Assembly: GCA_963663405.2 (NCBI GenBank)
Contig: CAXXSM010000080.1
Span: forward strand, 1-27,870
DNA from: a bacterium
GTDB taxonomy: Bacteria; Hinthialibacterota; Hinthialibacteria; Hinthialibacterales; Hinthialibacteraceae
Length of the DNA: 27,870 nt
Direction: 5' to 3'
Shown: positions 19,199-27,726 of the stretch, piece after piece
How positions within the stretch are numbered: position 1 is the first letter of the stretch
Layout of the letters: each line of letters starts with the position of its first letter
The notes under the pieces: generated by a model
What the model was told of the DNA's origin: nothing
The model's input: only the letters and a program-made list of their open reading frames with translations
Database searches by the model: none
Translations under genes and position numbers: made by a program

Positions 19199-21379
19199 TT
19201 ATTCCTCCACGAGAAACCATGTAATACCTTTCGCATCCAGATTGACAGGAATATCGACTTGGCGTTCTCTATCCAATTGATATGCCTTCAGCGATCCCTC
19301 TTGCTCCCGGATGTTTGCCGTATGTGTCAAGCCTGTGTAATAAAGAGGCAATGTAAGTTTTGTTTTTATCGCGTGATCTGTAGGATTGAAGACCATCGCC
19401 AGGGCGCGTTCTTTTTGATAAGGATTGACGCTCATCATGCAATCGATATTCTGGCCGTCGGCGCGGCGGACGTGGATGATATCCGAGTCCAACAGTGGAC
19501 GATATTTCTTGTAGAAACTAACCCATTTTTTGACAACGGCTTTGGTTTCTTCGGTATCATACAATCGGGGGCCGCGGTAACAGGCTTGCACGCCTGTACC
19601 GAAATTCTGCGCTAGATACCATTCAAATTCCTTCAGATGTTCAGATAAGGGTTCCAAGGTGGCCGCCGCGCCGCCGCCGTGATATTCGACCAGCGGCACA
19701 AACATCCAGCCCATGCTGGGCGTTTTATGAAATGTCCCATCGAATATGTTCTGCCGTGCCAAGAGAATTTGTCTCCACCGGGGCAGGCTGAAGTTGCTTT
19801 CTCTATATCCTATCGCGCATTTATTGCTGCCATTGAGATAGTAGTAATCGGGAGTGTTTATATAAATTCCCCGCTTCCTGCATTCCTGATAAAATTCGGA
19901 GCAGCGCTTCCATTGGGTCCATTGTGAATCCGCCAACCCGTGATGATGCGCGTGGGTTGTCGCCGCGCAGACATCGCCGTGATAGGGGCCGTCGGTTTCG
20001 ATGACATCGAGACCTGTCGCATCCATAAAATTAAGCACTCGTTCAAAATAATCACCCGACCATGCGCTGGCGAGACAGGCGCTCTGTCCGAACCGGCTGC
20101 CGGGTTTGTTCGTTTTTGGGGAAATGCAGTTATTGTCCGGACCGGCGTCCCGCGAGGCGCACATCAACGTGTAGCCTCCTAACTCGATGCCTTTGCTATG
20201 GGCGTATTCCACATCCGATTTGATGCGAGCAATGTAGGCGGGATCTTCGCTTTCGATATTGAATCCGCTCCAGAATGTGATGATGACCATCTCGAAACCA
20301 ACCTCGGCGCATTGGTCGATAGCGCGGCGGATGGATTCCGAATCGGATTGGCGGACATGCATGAGGATGGGATTTTCCGTCACTTGGGGTGCGAGTATTC
20401 GCATCATTCGCCGCACAGCGAGACCTTGCCGTTCCCGGTCATCACTGTCCTGAAGCAGGATGTAAATTCGGAAGGATTCAAAGGATTCACCCGGTTTCAA
20501 GCGCGCGCCGGGACCCAGTGGGTATTGGCTTGTCAAGAGGATAGGAGATTGAAGAAGGTAATTGACCTGTGATGTATACTCTGGATCTGCTTCCCATGTA
20601 AATACATTCTGACCTGGATTGACTTCAGGCGCGTTGAGATGTTTGTAGTTTTCTTCGAATGTAAGCCGGTCTTTTTCCCATTCATTGACGGCAAGAAGCT
20701 CAGTTTTCATCGCGTCGATCAGAATTGTTTCCGTTGTGTGATTAGTCACAGTCATCCATTTGGAGATCACGGGCAGGTTGTTATAAAGTTCATACACGAC
20801 GGAAACAACAAGACCGCTATAGCGGGGGAGAAGTTTATTTGGTGGTTTGTACTGAACGATAAGGCGGATGCCGTTGGGCGGCCAGGGACGGTTTTCCGCA
20901 TAGCGGCTGCGGGTCCAGGGATAGGGGGCTTTAGGCGTATCGATTGTGTAGCGCAAGAACTGAAACGCGTCCGGATTGGATGTCATATCCTCCAGCCATG
21001 CGGGATCGAAATAGCCATATTCAGGCTGCCCTTTCAGTCCACCGACTTCATATGTCTCTCCATCAAGAGTTAAGAGAGCCTCCGGCTTGACGCCTCGCAG
21101 GACGCTGGTGTTGGTCATGCCGTTATGTAGTCCAACGGTGGCGAAATTAGGCGAAGTGCGAAATACACGTTTGACGAGACCATTGGTTAGAATAATCTCG
21201 TTTCCACCGGATTCTGTTTTTACTTCCGCAGGGCGTTCGATGGAGTCGATCAGCCAATCCGAGGCGCAGGACGAGAAAGGAGAAAAAACGATACAACACA
21301 ATACAAAAGATAAAACAAATAAAACGGTATAAAGTATTCTGATACCATCCATTATGTTAGAAATATGTTTCTGATTCAT
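19199..21379 (-). CDS. Secreted alpha-galactosidase-like glycoside hydrolase (TIM barrel)
   Basis: Signal/TM segment, LTNGLVKRVF, IDQCAEVGFEMVIITFWSG, ETDGPYHGDVC and GWMFVPLVEYHGGG. I recognise this as a family usually annotated alpha-galactosidase; substrate unproven. Start at ATG 21379 with GGAG RBS. Confidence 0.65.
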   Translation of the reverse strand: MNQKHISNIMDGIRILYTVLFVLSFVLCCIVFSPFSSCASDWLIDSIERPAEVKTESGGNEIILTNGLVKRVFRTSPNFATVGLHNGMTNTSVLRGVKPEALLTLDGETYEVGGLKGQPEYGYFDPAWLEDMTSNPDAFQFLRYTIDTPKAPYPWTRSRYAENRPWPPNGIRLIVQYKPPNKLLPRYSGLVVSVVYELYNNLPVISKWMTVTNHTTETILIDAMKTELLAVNEWEKDRLTFEENYKHLNAPEVNPGQNVFTWEADPEYTSQVNYLLQSPILLTSQYPLGPGARLKPGESFESFRIYILLQDSDDRERQGLAVRRMMRILAPQVTENPILMHVRQSDSESIRRAIDQCAEVGFEMVIITFWSGFNIESEDPAYIARIKSDVEYAHSKGIELGGYTLMCASRDAGPDNNCISPKTNKPGSRFGQSACLASAWSGDYFERVLNFMDATGLDVIETDGPYHGDVCAATTHAHHHGLADSQWTQWKRCSEFYQECRKRGIYINTPDYYYLNGSNKCAIGYRESNFSLPRWRQILLARQNIFDGTFHKTPSMGWMFVPLVEYHGGGAAATLEPLSEHLKEFEWYLAQNFGTGVQACYRGPRLYDTEETKAVVKKWVSFYKKYRPLLDSDIIHVRRADGQNIDCMMSVNPYQKERALAMVFNPTDHAIKTKLTLPLYYTGLTHTANIREQEGSLKAYQLDRERQVDIPVNLDAKGITWFLVEE

Positions 21380-21738
21380 TCGTTGACTCCGATATGATGG
21401 GATATGTGGAATGAGTGTAATTTCCTTTGCGGCATCTTTCAAGATAACGCTATCATTATCAAAGTTATTTGAACATCCTGTAAGTGAAACAGTTTTAGAA
21501 AACGCTCCGTATTGTAAGAAAAAAAGAGAGGGTAGCAAAGGCAAGGTTTTTCATCTGCCTTTGCCTTATTCCAAACCACTTTTGAATGGCCTAATAACAA
21601 GTATTCCTCTGATTCTCATCGATCGCCGTCGATAGAGATCGTTAACTGAAACGGACTCACATTCCAGATGAACCATTTAATGGGTGATAGCAAAACCGTT
21701 TTAAACGCTTGGAATTTAATTTACGGAAGAGCATAAGG

Positions 21739-21789
21739 TGATTCAAATTTACTCAATGGAAGAATTGACTTGAGTCAATTTGACGCAAG
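21739..21789. promoter_or_regulatory. Two tandem palindromic operator/enhancer sites
   Basis: TGATTCA-aat-TTACTCA (21739-21755) and TGAGTCA-att-TGACGCA (21771-21787), 32 bp apart. 21769-21789 CTTGAGT-N7-ACGCAAG matches the HAIR consensus at 13 of 14 positions. Confidence 0.7.
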
Positions 21790-21840
21790 CCATTTTTTGA
21801 TAAATTTCTATAACCCTCTGGTTTTTCTGTATTTACAAAA

Positions 21841-21856
21841 TGGCACGATATTTGTT
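21841..21856 (+). promoter_or_regulatory. Putative sigma-54 (-24/-12) promoter of the hsp20 operon
   Basis: TGGCAC-gatat-TTGTT against TGGCAC-N5-TTGCW: correct spacing, with a C>T change at -12. About 60 nt upstream of the ATG at 21915. Confidence 0.6.
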
Positions 21857-21914
21857 CTTAAGAACAAACAAGAATAAAAATCCATCACCTACTTACAGAA
21901 AGGAGTTATGGATC

Positions 21915-22376
21915 ATGTTTACACGGTGGAATTTGTCAGATGATATGGACCTTTTGCAGCGTGAGATTAATCAGATTTTCAGTGGATTCACCAATCCGGA
22001 GAACCGGTTCCGGCGATTAGCTTTTCTTCCGGGTTCGGGCGCGCGTCAATATCCACTCACAAACATGGGTGAAGATAAGGACAATTATTATCTGGAAGCC
22101 ATCGCGCCAGGAATCGATCCGGAAAAGTTGAACATTTCCATCACCGGAGCCGTCCTGACGTTGAGCGGTGAAAAAATGCGGATTTCCGAAAACATCAAAC
22201 CGGAAGCGTATCACCGCAGTGAACGGGCCGCGGGACGGTTTATCCGGACAATCGAACTGCCCTCCAATGTGAAGCGCGATACCATCAACGCGGAATACAA
22301 AAACGGTGTGTTGTATCTTACGCTTCCCAAAGTGGAAGAAGACAAACCAAAGGAAATTCAAGTAAAAGTTCTTTAA
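21915..22376 (+). CDS. Hsp20/alpha-crystallin small heat shock protein (1)
   Basis: APGIDPEKLNI, LTLSGEK, ERAAGRFIRTIELP and AEYKNGVLYLTLPK. AAGGAG RBS before ATG 21915. Confidence 0.95.
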   Translation: MFTRWNLSDDMDLLQREINQIFSGFTNPENRFRRLAFLPGSGARQYPLTNMGEDKDNYYLEAIAPGIDPEKLNISITGAVLTLSGEKMRISENIKPEAYHRSERAAGRFIRTIELPSNVKRDTINAEYKNGVLYLTLPKVEEDKPKEIQVKVL

Positions 22377-22412
22377 GCGTAAAACACATTTCAAATGAAA
22401 GGAGATACGATC

Positions 22413-22808
22413 ATGGTTGAAAATACTGTTCCTTCCGTTCAACAAAAAAAAGAGGTAACCGACAAGGAAAACACACGATCGCAAGGCCGGTATTACTTCC
22501 CAGCCGTCGACATTTTCGATCACAAAAACGAACTGATCGTGATCGCCGATGTGCCAGGAGTCGATAAAGAAAACATAAAGATCAGAGTGGAAGAAGGGAT
22601 TCTCACTTTGGAAGCCACACACTCGGATATGTCAAAGGGTGAACCATTCTATCGGGAATTTGAATGGGGGAATTTCTACCGCCAATTCAAACTGTCCGAT
22701 GAGATCGATGATGACAACATTTCAGCGGAGGTGAAGAATGGTGTCTTGACCATTCATCTCCCCAAGACAGAAAAAGCGTCGAAATTGATCGATGTGAAAA
22801 TTACATAA
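22413..22808 (+). CDS. Hsp20/alpha-crystallin small heat shock protein (2)
   Basis: PAVDIF, ADVPGVDKENI, FYRQFKL and AEVKNGVLTIHLPK. AAGGAG RBS before ATG 22413. Confidence 0.95.
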   Translation: MVENTVPSVQQKKEVTDKENTRSQGRYYFPAVDIFDHKNELIVIADVPGVDKENIKIRVEEGILTLEATHSDMSKGEPFYREFEWGNFYRQFKLSDEIDDDNISAEVKNGVLTIHLPKTEKASKLIDVKIT

Positions 22809-22929
22809 AAAGGTATTATGTATCGTTCACGAATTTTTCACGAACACACAGTTACCATTACAACGATCAGTCGTATACATTGACAAATACATTGCCTTAC
22901 GACAAATACAATGACAGGAGGTTCGAATC

Positions 22930-23463
22930 ATGAATCTCAAACAGTTAAATCCATGGAATTGGTTTAAGAACGAAGAAGAAAGTTCTCATTCTGTACCTGT
23001 ACAACGGATGGATTCGTACCATCACCCACTGATGCAGTTTCATCAGGATATCGACAATATGTTCGACCGGTTTTTCCGAAGTTTTGGATTTCCATCTCAG
23101 ATCAGTGATTCAATCCTCTCCGCTCCGGACGGTTTGTTGAAACCCAGCGTAGATATTGCGGAAACAGAGAAGGAATATACTATTTCCGTAGAAGCGCCGG
23201 GTGTCGATAAGGATGGAATCCACGTTTCTCTGGATGACGGTACATTGACAATTCGGGGTGAGAAGAAAAAGGAAAAAGAAGAAAAAGAGAAAAACTACCA
23301 CCGGATCGAGCGATCCTTTGGCTCCTTCCAAAGAACGCTGTCACTGCCAACCGACGCGGATGGTGAAAAAATCGAAGCGAATTACAAGAACGGTGTACTA
23401 ACATTAAAACTTCCAAAAATCCCCGGCGCGAAACTATCCGTTAAGACAATACCAATCAAATAA
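22930..23463 (+). CDS. Hsp20/alpha-crystallin small heat shock protein (3)
   Basis: LNPWNWFK N-terminus, PSVDIAE, ERSFGSFQRTLSLP and ANYKNGVLTLKLPK. AGGAGG RBS. Confidence 0.95.
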   Translation: MNLKQLNPWNWFKNEEESSHSVPVQRMDSYHHPLMQFHQDIDNMFDRFFRSFGFPSQISDSILSAPDGLLKPSVDIAETEKEYTISVEAPGVDKDGIHVSLDDGTLTIRGEKKKEKEEKEKNYHRIERSFGSFQRTLSLPTDADGEKIEANYKNGVLTLKLPKIPGAKLSVKTIPIK

Positions 23464-23477
23464 CATATCGAATTTTA

Positions 23478-23512
23478 CCAAGGTGGTTGGTGGTTTTCAT
23501 CGACCACCTTGG
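23478..23512 (+). other. Intergenic RNA stem-loop between hsp20(3) and degP
   Basis: CCAAGGTGGTTGGTG / CATCGACCACCTTGG, a 15-bp stem with two G-U wobbles on the + strand and a 5-nt loop; no U-tract. Confidence 0.6.
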
Positions 23513-23544
23513 AACCAAGACTTACATATATCTGGAGGATAGCT

Positions 23545-25035
23545 ATGTATTTCAAGCAGTTTTCAAACCCGATTCGATTGTACTTCTTATTGGCCGCCGT
23601 CTCGCTTACTCTTCTAATCCCGCAAAACATGCAAGCCGCTGAGACAAGTTCGGATTATGAAAGTTTGCTAAAGACACAGAACGCCTTTATTGATGTCGCC
23701 GAAAAAGTCTCTTCCGCTGTCGTCTATATCGAAGTGGAAAAAGTGATTGAACGGAATATATCGATGGATACACCATCTCCTTTCAACGATCCCTTCGACC
23801 TTTTTAATGATGAATTCTTTGAACGGTTTTTCCGTCACCAGGCCCCGAAGGACGATACGCCCCGAAACGAGAGTCCCAAAAAGCGGCAATATCATCAAGT
23901 TGGACAAGGCTCCGGTTTTATCATCAGTGAAGAGGGTTATATTCTAACGAATAACCATGTCGTTGGAGACGCCGACCGGATTCGAGTCAAACTGTCGGAC
24001 GGCCGGGAATTTGAAGCGGAACGGATTGGAACCGATCCCGAATCCGATGTAGGGGTTATTAAAATTAAAGGCTCTGATTTGCCTACTCTTAAGATGGGTG
24101 ATTCGGATTCGATCCGTGTGGGTGAATGGGTGATCGCGGTTGGTAATCCCTTTGGATTGTCCAGAACAGTCACATCAGGAATCGTAAGCGCAAAAGGACG
24201 CAGCAATGTCGGTATCACGGAATACGAAGATTTCATCCAAACCGACGCGGCGATCAATCCAGGTAACTCCGGCGGTCCTCTCGTCAATTTAAAGGGGGAA
24301 GTGATTGGGGTTAATACAGCGATTTTCAGCCGGAGCGGCGGGTATATGGGAATCGGATTCGCGATCCCAATCAATATGGCGAATTCCATCTACAAACAAC
24401 TGATCGACACCGGATCTGTCAAACGTGGATTCTTGGGGATCGTCATCCAAGATATGACGGCTGACTTGGCCAATTCTTTTGGATGGGACGAGAATAAAGG
24501 GATTCTCATCTCTGACGTGACCGAGGATTCCCCCGCAGAGAAAGCCGGTTTGAAACAAGGCGATATTATTACAAAGTTGAATGGAAAACCTATCAAAAGT
24601 TCAGGGGCGTTTAGGAACCAGATCGCGATGCTTCCTCCAGAAACGAAGGTCAGTCTTACTGTAATACAGAATAAGAAAGAAAAGACCATTTCTGTCACCA
24701 CAGGAGAACGCCCGGAAGATGAAGAAACCATTGCGTCTCAAGACGCTTGGATGGAGAAACTGGGATTCACGGTTCAAAACTTGACGAGTGAATTGGCTGA
24801 ACGGTTTGACTATCAAAATGAAAAAGGAGTTATTGTCACAGAAGTGGAGCCCGGTTCTATTGCGGCTCTGGCGGGAATCCGTCCAGGAACGCTCATCCAA
24901 GGGATCAATCAAGAAGATGTTAATAATATGAGTGACTTCGAACGTCTTGTGAAAGAGACGATCAAAGACGAACGGATTCTCCTTTTGGTGAAAGATGGCC
25001 GGTATTCACGATTTGTCGTACTACGTTTGGAATAA
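23545..25035 (+). CDS. degP: DegP/DegQ (HtrA) periplasmic serine endoprotease with two PDZ domains
   Basis: Signal peptide, GSGFII, ILTNNHVV (His), SDVGVIK (Asp), QTDAAINPGNSGGPL (Ser) and two PDZ domains. GGAGG RBS before ATG 23545. Confidence 0.95.
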   Translation: MYFKQFSNPIRLYFLLAAVSLTLLIPQNMQAAETSSDYESLLKTQNAFIDVAEKVSSAVVYIEVEKVIERNISMDTPSPFNDPFDLFNDEFFERFFRHQAPKDDTPRNESPKKRQYHQVGQGSGFIISEEGYILTNNHVVGDADRIRVKLSDGREFEAERIGTDPESDVGVIKIKGSDLPTLKMGDSDSIRVGEWVIAVGNPFGLSRTVTSGIVSAKGRSNVGITEYEDFIQTDAAINPGNSGGPLVNLKGEVIGVNTAIFSRSGGYMGIGFAIPINMANSIYKQLIDTGSVKRGFLGIVIQDMTADLANSFGWDENKGILISDVTEDSPAEKAGLKQGDIITKLNGKPIKSSGAFRNQIAMLPPETKVSLTVIQNKKEKTISVTTGERPEDEETIASQDAWMEKLGFTVQNLTSELAERFDYQNEKGVIVTEVEPGSIAALAGIRPGTLIQGINQEDVNNMSDFERLVKETIKDERILLLVKDGRYSRFVVLRLE

Positions 25036-25062
25036 AGCCGTTTCACTGAACTCCTGTTTTGG

Positions 25063-25095
25063 ATGGCCGATGGGATCGATGGTTCCATCGGCCAT
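25063..25095 (+). terminator. Stem-loop terminator after degP
   Basis: ATGGCCGATGGGATC / GGTTCCATCGGCCAT, a 15-bp stem with two G-U wobbles, between convergent genes. Confidence 0.65.
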
Positions 25096-25155
25096 TTCAC
25101 ATTGTGCGCCTATGACAGAGTATGGACGCGTTTAAGCAACATGCTCTAATAATCT

Positions 25156-25509
25156 TTAAAATTCCTTCCACTCCAATTCGTCTGTTGTTTTGAAATCGTT
25201 TTTCACAAACGCAACGGCGTCATTGATATCGAAGTTTTTGCATGTGTATAAGATAATGGACATAAATTTTTTCGCGGTCCATACGTACACGGAAATCCCG
25301 GAGTCATACAAAGGAACGAAACCATCATACCCTTGATTGGGGCCGCCTTCTTCCGTCACGTGGACAATGGGTTCCGCGTAGATTCGTAAATCGAGATGAC
25401 CTGCGATTTCTTTTAAGAATTGAATTATTTTTTTCTGATCGATTTCTGCTTGGTAATACGCTTCAATAAGTAATCTCTGCCGGAGAATATCAGGGGCAAT
25501 ATGGTTCAT
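25156..25509 (-). CDS. S-adenosylmethionine decarboxylase-related protein (divergent SpeD/SpeH fold)
   Basis: QRLLIE, GYDGFVPLYDSGISVYVW and IILYTCKNFD align with the G.SG...LAESHISIHTW...DVFTCG pattern of prokaryotic AdoMetDC. Confidence 0.7.
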   Translation of the reverse strand: MNHIAPDILRQRLLIEAYYQAEIDQKKIIQFLKEIAGHLDLRIYAEPIVHVTEEGGPNQGYDGFVPLYDSGISVYVWTAKKFMSIILYTCKNFDINDAVAFVKNDFKTTDELEWKEF

Positions 25510-25749
25510 ATTCTTAAATCCTTTTTTTTATGACTTTATAAATGTAAAGAGAGTGACGCTGATTGCTTCCGGAAAAATTATCGAAGGTTTTTTCGATTAT
25601 CCATATATGGGTATAAACGCTGCTATCATTTTTGTATCCGAACTAACAAAATTGGATAAACTATTTTTCTGTATGTCAAAATAGTAATGGGAGTAAGCGC
25701 AGAAATTGTCTCCATTAGAAAAATAGGATTTTTCGGATGGACATTATTT

Positions 25750-26325
25750 TCAATGGATCGGACCGATGGGAATCCGATTGATTTGAATGGGAGGTCTCAT
25801 ATTGTGCGCTTCCCGGACATCTTCTACAGTAATCAAGGCGCGAGGATGTAGTTCCTTAACGATCGCTAGAATATCTTTCAAATTTTTACGGTGGACCACC
25901 ATAAAAATAATATGAACGTCTCCTCCATTGCTCTCCGCTTTTACTTTTGTTACACCTAACTGACTTTCTCGCAATAATTCAATCAACCGCGCCGCGTCTT
26001 TTCGTGTGATAATCCGAAGGATGACCGAACCAAGCCGCAACCGGCGTTCCAATAGGATGCCTATGAAATTACCTGTCGCGTAGCCACCCGCATAAGCGAA
26101 AAGGAGAATGGGGGTTGTCACATTTCGAACAACCTGACTGACTACAGTTAGCCAAACAAGAACTTCAAAAAAACCCAGTATGGGTGGAACATACTTCATT
26201 CCACGAGATAGGAAAATAATCCTTAACGTGCCAATACTAACATCAACAATCCGTGCGAAAAAAATAAAAAACGCTAACATTGGTATACCGCAAATTGTAA
26301 TGGCCATGAATCTTGCAAGATCCAT
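25750..26325 (-). CDS. UPF0316 / DUF5698-DUF2179 membrane protein
   Basis: IFFARIVDVSIGTLRI, GFFEVLVWL, YAGGYATGNFIG and a C-terminal PII-like GVT...HPRALITVEDVR. AGGAG RBS. Confidence 0.9.
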   Translation of the reverse strand: MDLARFMAITICGIPMLAFFIFFARIVDVSIGTLRIIFLSRGMKYVPPILGFFEVLVWLTVVSQVVRNVTTPILLFAYAGGYATGNFIGILLERRLRLGSVILRIITRKDAARLIELLRESQLGVTKVKAESNGGDVHIIFMVVHRKNLKDILAIVKELHPRALITVEDVREAHNMRPPIQINRIPIGPIH

Positions 26326-26369
26326 AAAACCGCTCCTTATTCATTCTGCAGGTTCTCTTTTTATAGAGA

Positions 26370-26732
26370 TTAAAATAAATCCTTATCTGTTTCTTGTTTC
26401 AATTGCTGAAGACGCTTTTGCAATACACGATTCCGCTCTTCCAATTCATCGATCTTGTCGAGTAGATCCATGACAAGCCCTAGACCGCTCCAGCCGATTC
26501 CCAAGTCATTGTGCAAACGCATAATCTTGCCGATGCGGTATAAGGCGCATGAATCGAATAGAATTTCCGGTGAGGAGACCGCGGGATCGATTAATCCCAG
26601 TTTGAAGAAATGACGGATTAAATCGAGACGAAGCCCCGTTTCGCTCGCTAGATCCGTGAAGCGTAAATAGTGACTATGCGAGTGTTGAATATTCTGTTGT
26701 ATAATCAAGAAATGGTTTTTCTTTTGATTCAT
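26370..26732 (-). CDS. cbpM: Chaperone modulator CbpM (MerR-like)
   Basis: LGLIDP, RLHNDLGIGWSGLGLVMDLLDKIDELE and a coiled-coil tail. ATG at 26732 lies immediately after the cbpA stop. Confidence 0.85.
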   Translation of the reverse strand: MNQKKNHFLIIQQNIQHSHSHYLRFTDLASETGLRLDLIRHFFKLGLIDPAVSSPEILFDSCALYRIGKIMRLHNDLGIGWSGLGLVMDLLDKIDELEERNRVLQKRLQQLKQETDKDLF

Positions 26733-26733
26733 T

Positions 26734-27726
26734 TTACTCCCCTCGTGGATTGAATTGTGACACACGGGAAAGGGTCTCAAACGCCTCTCGTTCTTTTGCT
26801 GATAGTGTTTTCGGAATAGTAATGAGCAGGCGCACAAACTGATCTCCCCGTTTTCCTCCTTTTTGAGGGAGCCCTTTGCCGGCCAACCGCAATCGCTGTC
26901 CGGAATTGGATCCGGGGGGGATACGGAGCCGTATCGCGCCATCCAGCGTAGGCGCTTTCACTTCGGCGCCCAGCGCCGCTTCCCAAGGAGTGATAGGTAA
27001 ATCCATTTCGAGATCGTAACCGGATACTTTAAAAATCGGATGAGGAGCAAAACGAATACGAATGTATAAATCTCCCGCTTCTCCTCCACCCATCCCTTTT
27101 CCACCTTGGCGCCGCAGGCGGATTCGGGTTCCTTTTTGCGTTCCCGGTGGAATCTTAACGTCAATCCGCCTTCGTTGAGGGGCGCTCCGCCCGGAAGTGT
27201 CTTGATCTATCACCTGAAGTTCAAAGCTTTTCATCGCTCCGTGATAGGCTTCTTCCAGCGATATTTCCATTTCCGCTTCTACATCCCGTCCACGTGTAAT
27301 CCACTCGTTTTCAAATCCATCCTGCGCATGGCGTTTCCTATCGGTGAAAGGGGAATCCCACCCGCCTCCAAAAAGCCGCTCGAAAAATTCACTAAATCCA
27401 CCACCAGAGAATGAATGATACGAGCCCCCATTTCCAGGATTGGAATGAAACTCGAATTGAACGTTTTCCCATCCAGGGGGTGGAGTGAAATCCTGATTCG
27501 CCGACCAATTCGATCCTAACGAATCATACTTCTTCCGTTTCTCCGTGTCTCGCAACACTTCATACGCTTCATTAATCTCTTGGAATTTTTCATTCGCGCC
27601 TGGTTCTGAATTGACATCTGGATGATATTTCCGGGCCAGTTTACGATACGCGCGCTTGATTTCCTCCTGCGGCGCGTTCCGTTTTACTCCAAGAATTTCA
27701 TAGTAATCTTTGTATTTCACTGACAT
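26734..27726 (-). CDS. cbpA: DnaJ class B chaperone / curved DNA-binding protein
   Basis: J-domain with KYHPD, G/F-rich linker and DnaJ C-terminal domain ([16 protein letters not shown]); no zinc finger. Confidence 0.93.
   Translation of the reverse strand: MSVKYKDYYEILGVKRNAPQEEIKRAYRKLARKYHPDVNSEPGANEKFQEINEAYEVLRDTEKRKKYDSLGSNWSANQDFTPPPGWENVQFEFHSNPGNGGSYHSFSGGGFSEFFERLFGGGWDSPFTDRKRHAQDGFENEWITRGRDVEAEMEISLEEAYHGAMKSFELQVIDQDTSGRSAPQRRRIDVKIPPGTQKGTRIRLRRQGGKGMGGGEAGDLYIRIRFAPHPIFKVSGYDLEMDLPITPWEAALGAEVKAPTLDGAIRLRIPPGSNSGQRLRLAGKGLPQKGGKRGDQFVRLLITIPKTLSAKEREAFETLSRVSQFNPRGE

Noticed and set aside
21380-21544. 55-aa N-terminal extension of the galactosidase-like ORF (and similar extensions at 939, 6116, 10171, 14128, 16341, 21840, 23509 and 26942)
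   Set aside because: Downstream ATGs have clear RBSs and family-typical N-termini; the extensions overlap hairpins, promoters or neighbouring genes.
21610-21640. Imperfect hairpin CTC-ATCGA...TCGAT-AGAG in the divergent intergenic region
   Set aside because: Short and bulged, with no support for a function.
22017-22622. 201-aa antisense ORF over the hsp20 genes, and other antisense ORFs (1060-1584, 9187-9696, 18490-19002)
   Set aside because: Shadow ORFs opposite well-conserved genes, with no recognisable motifs.
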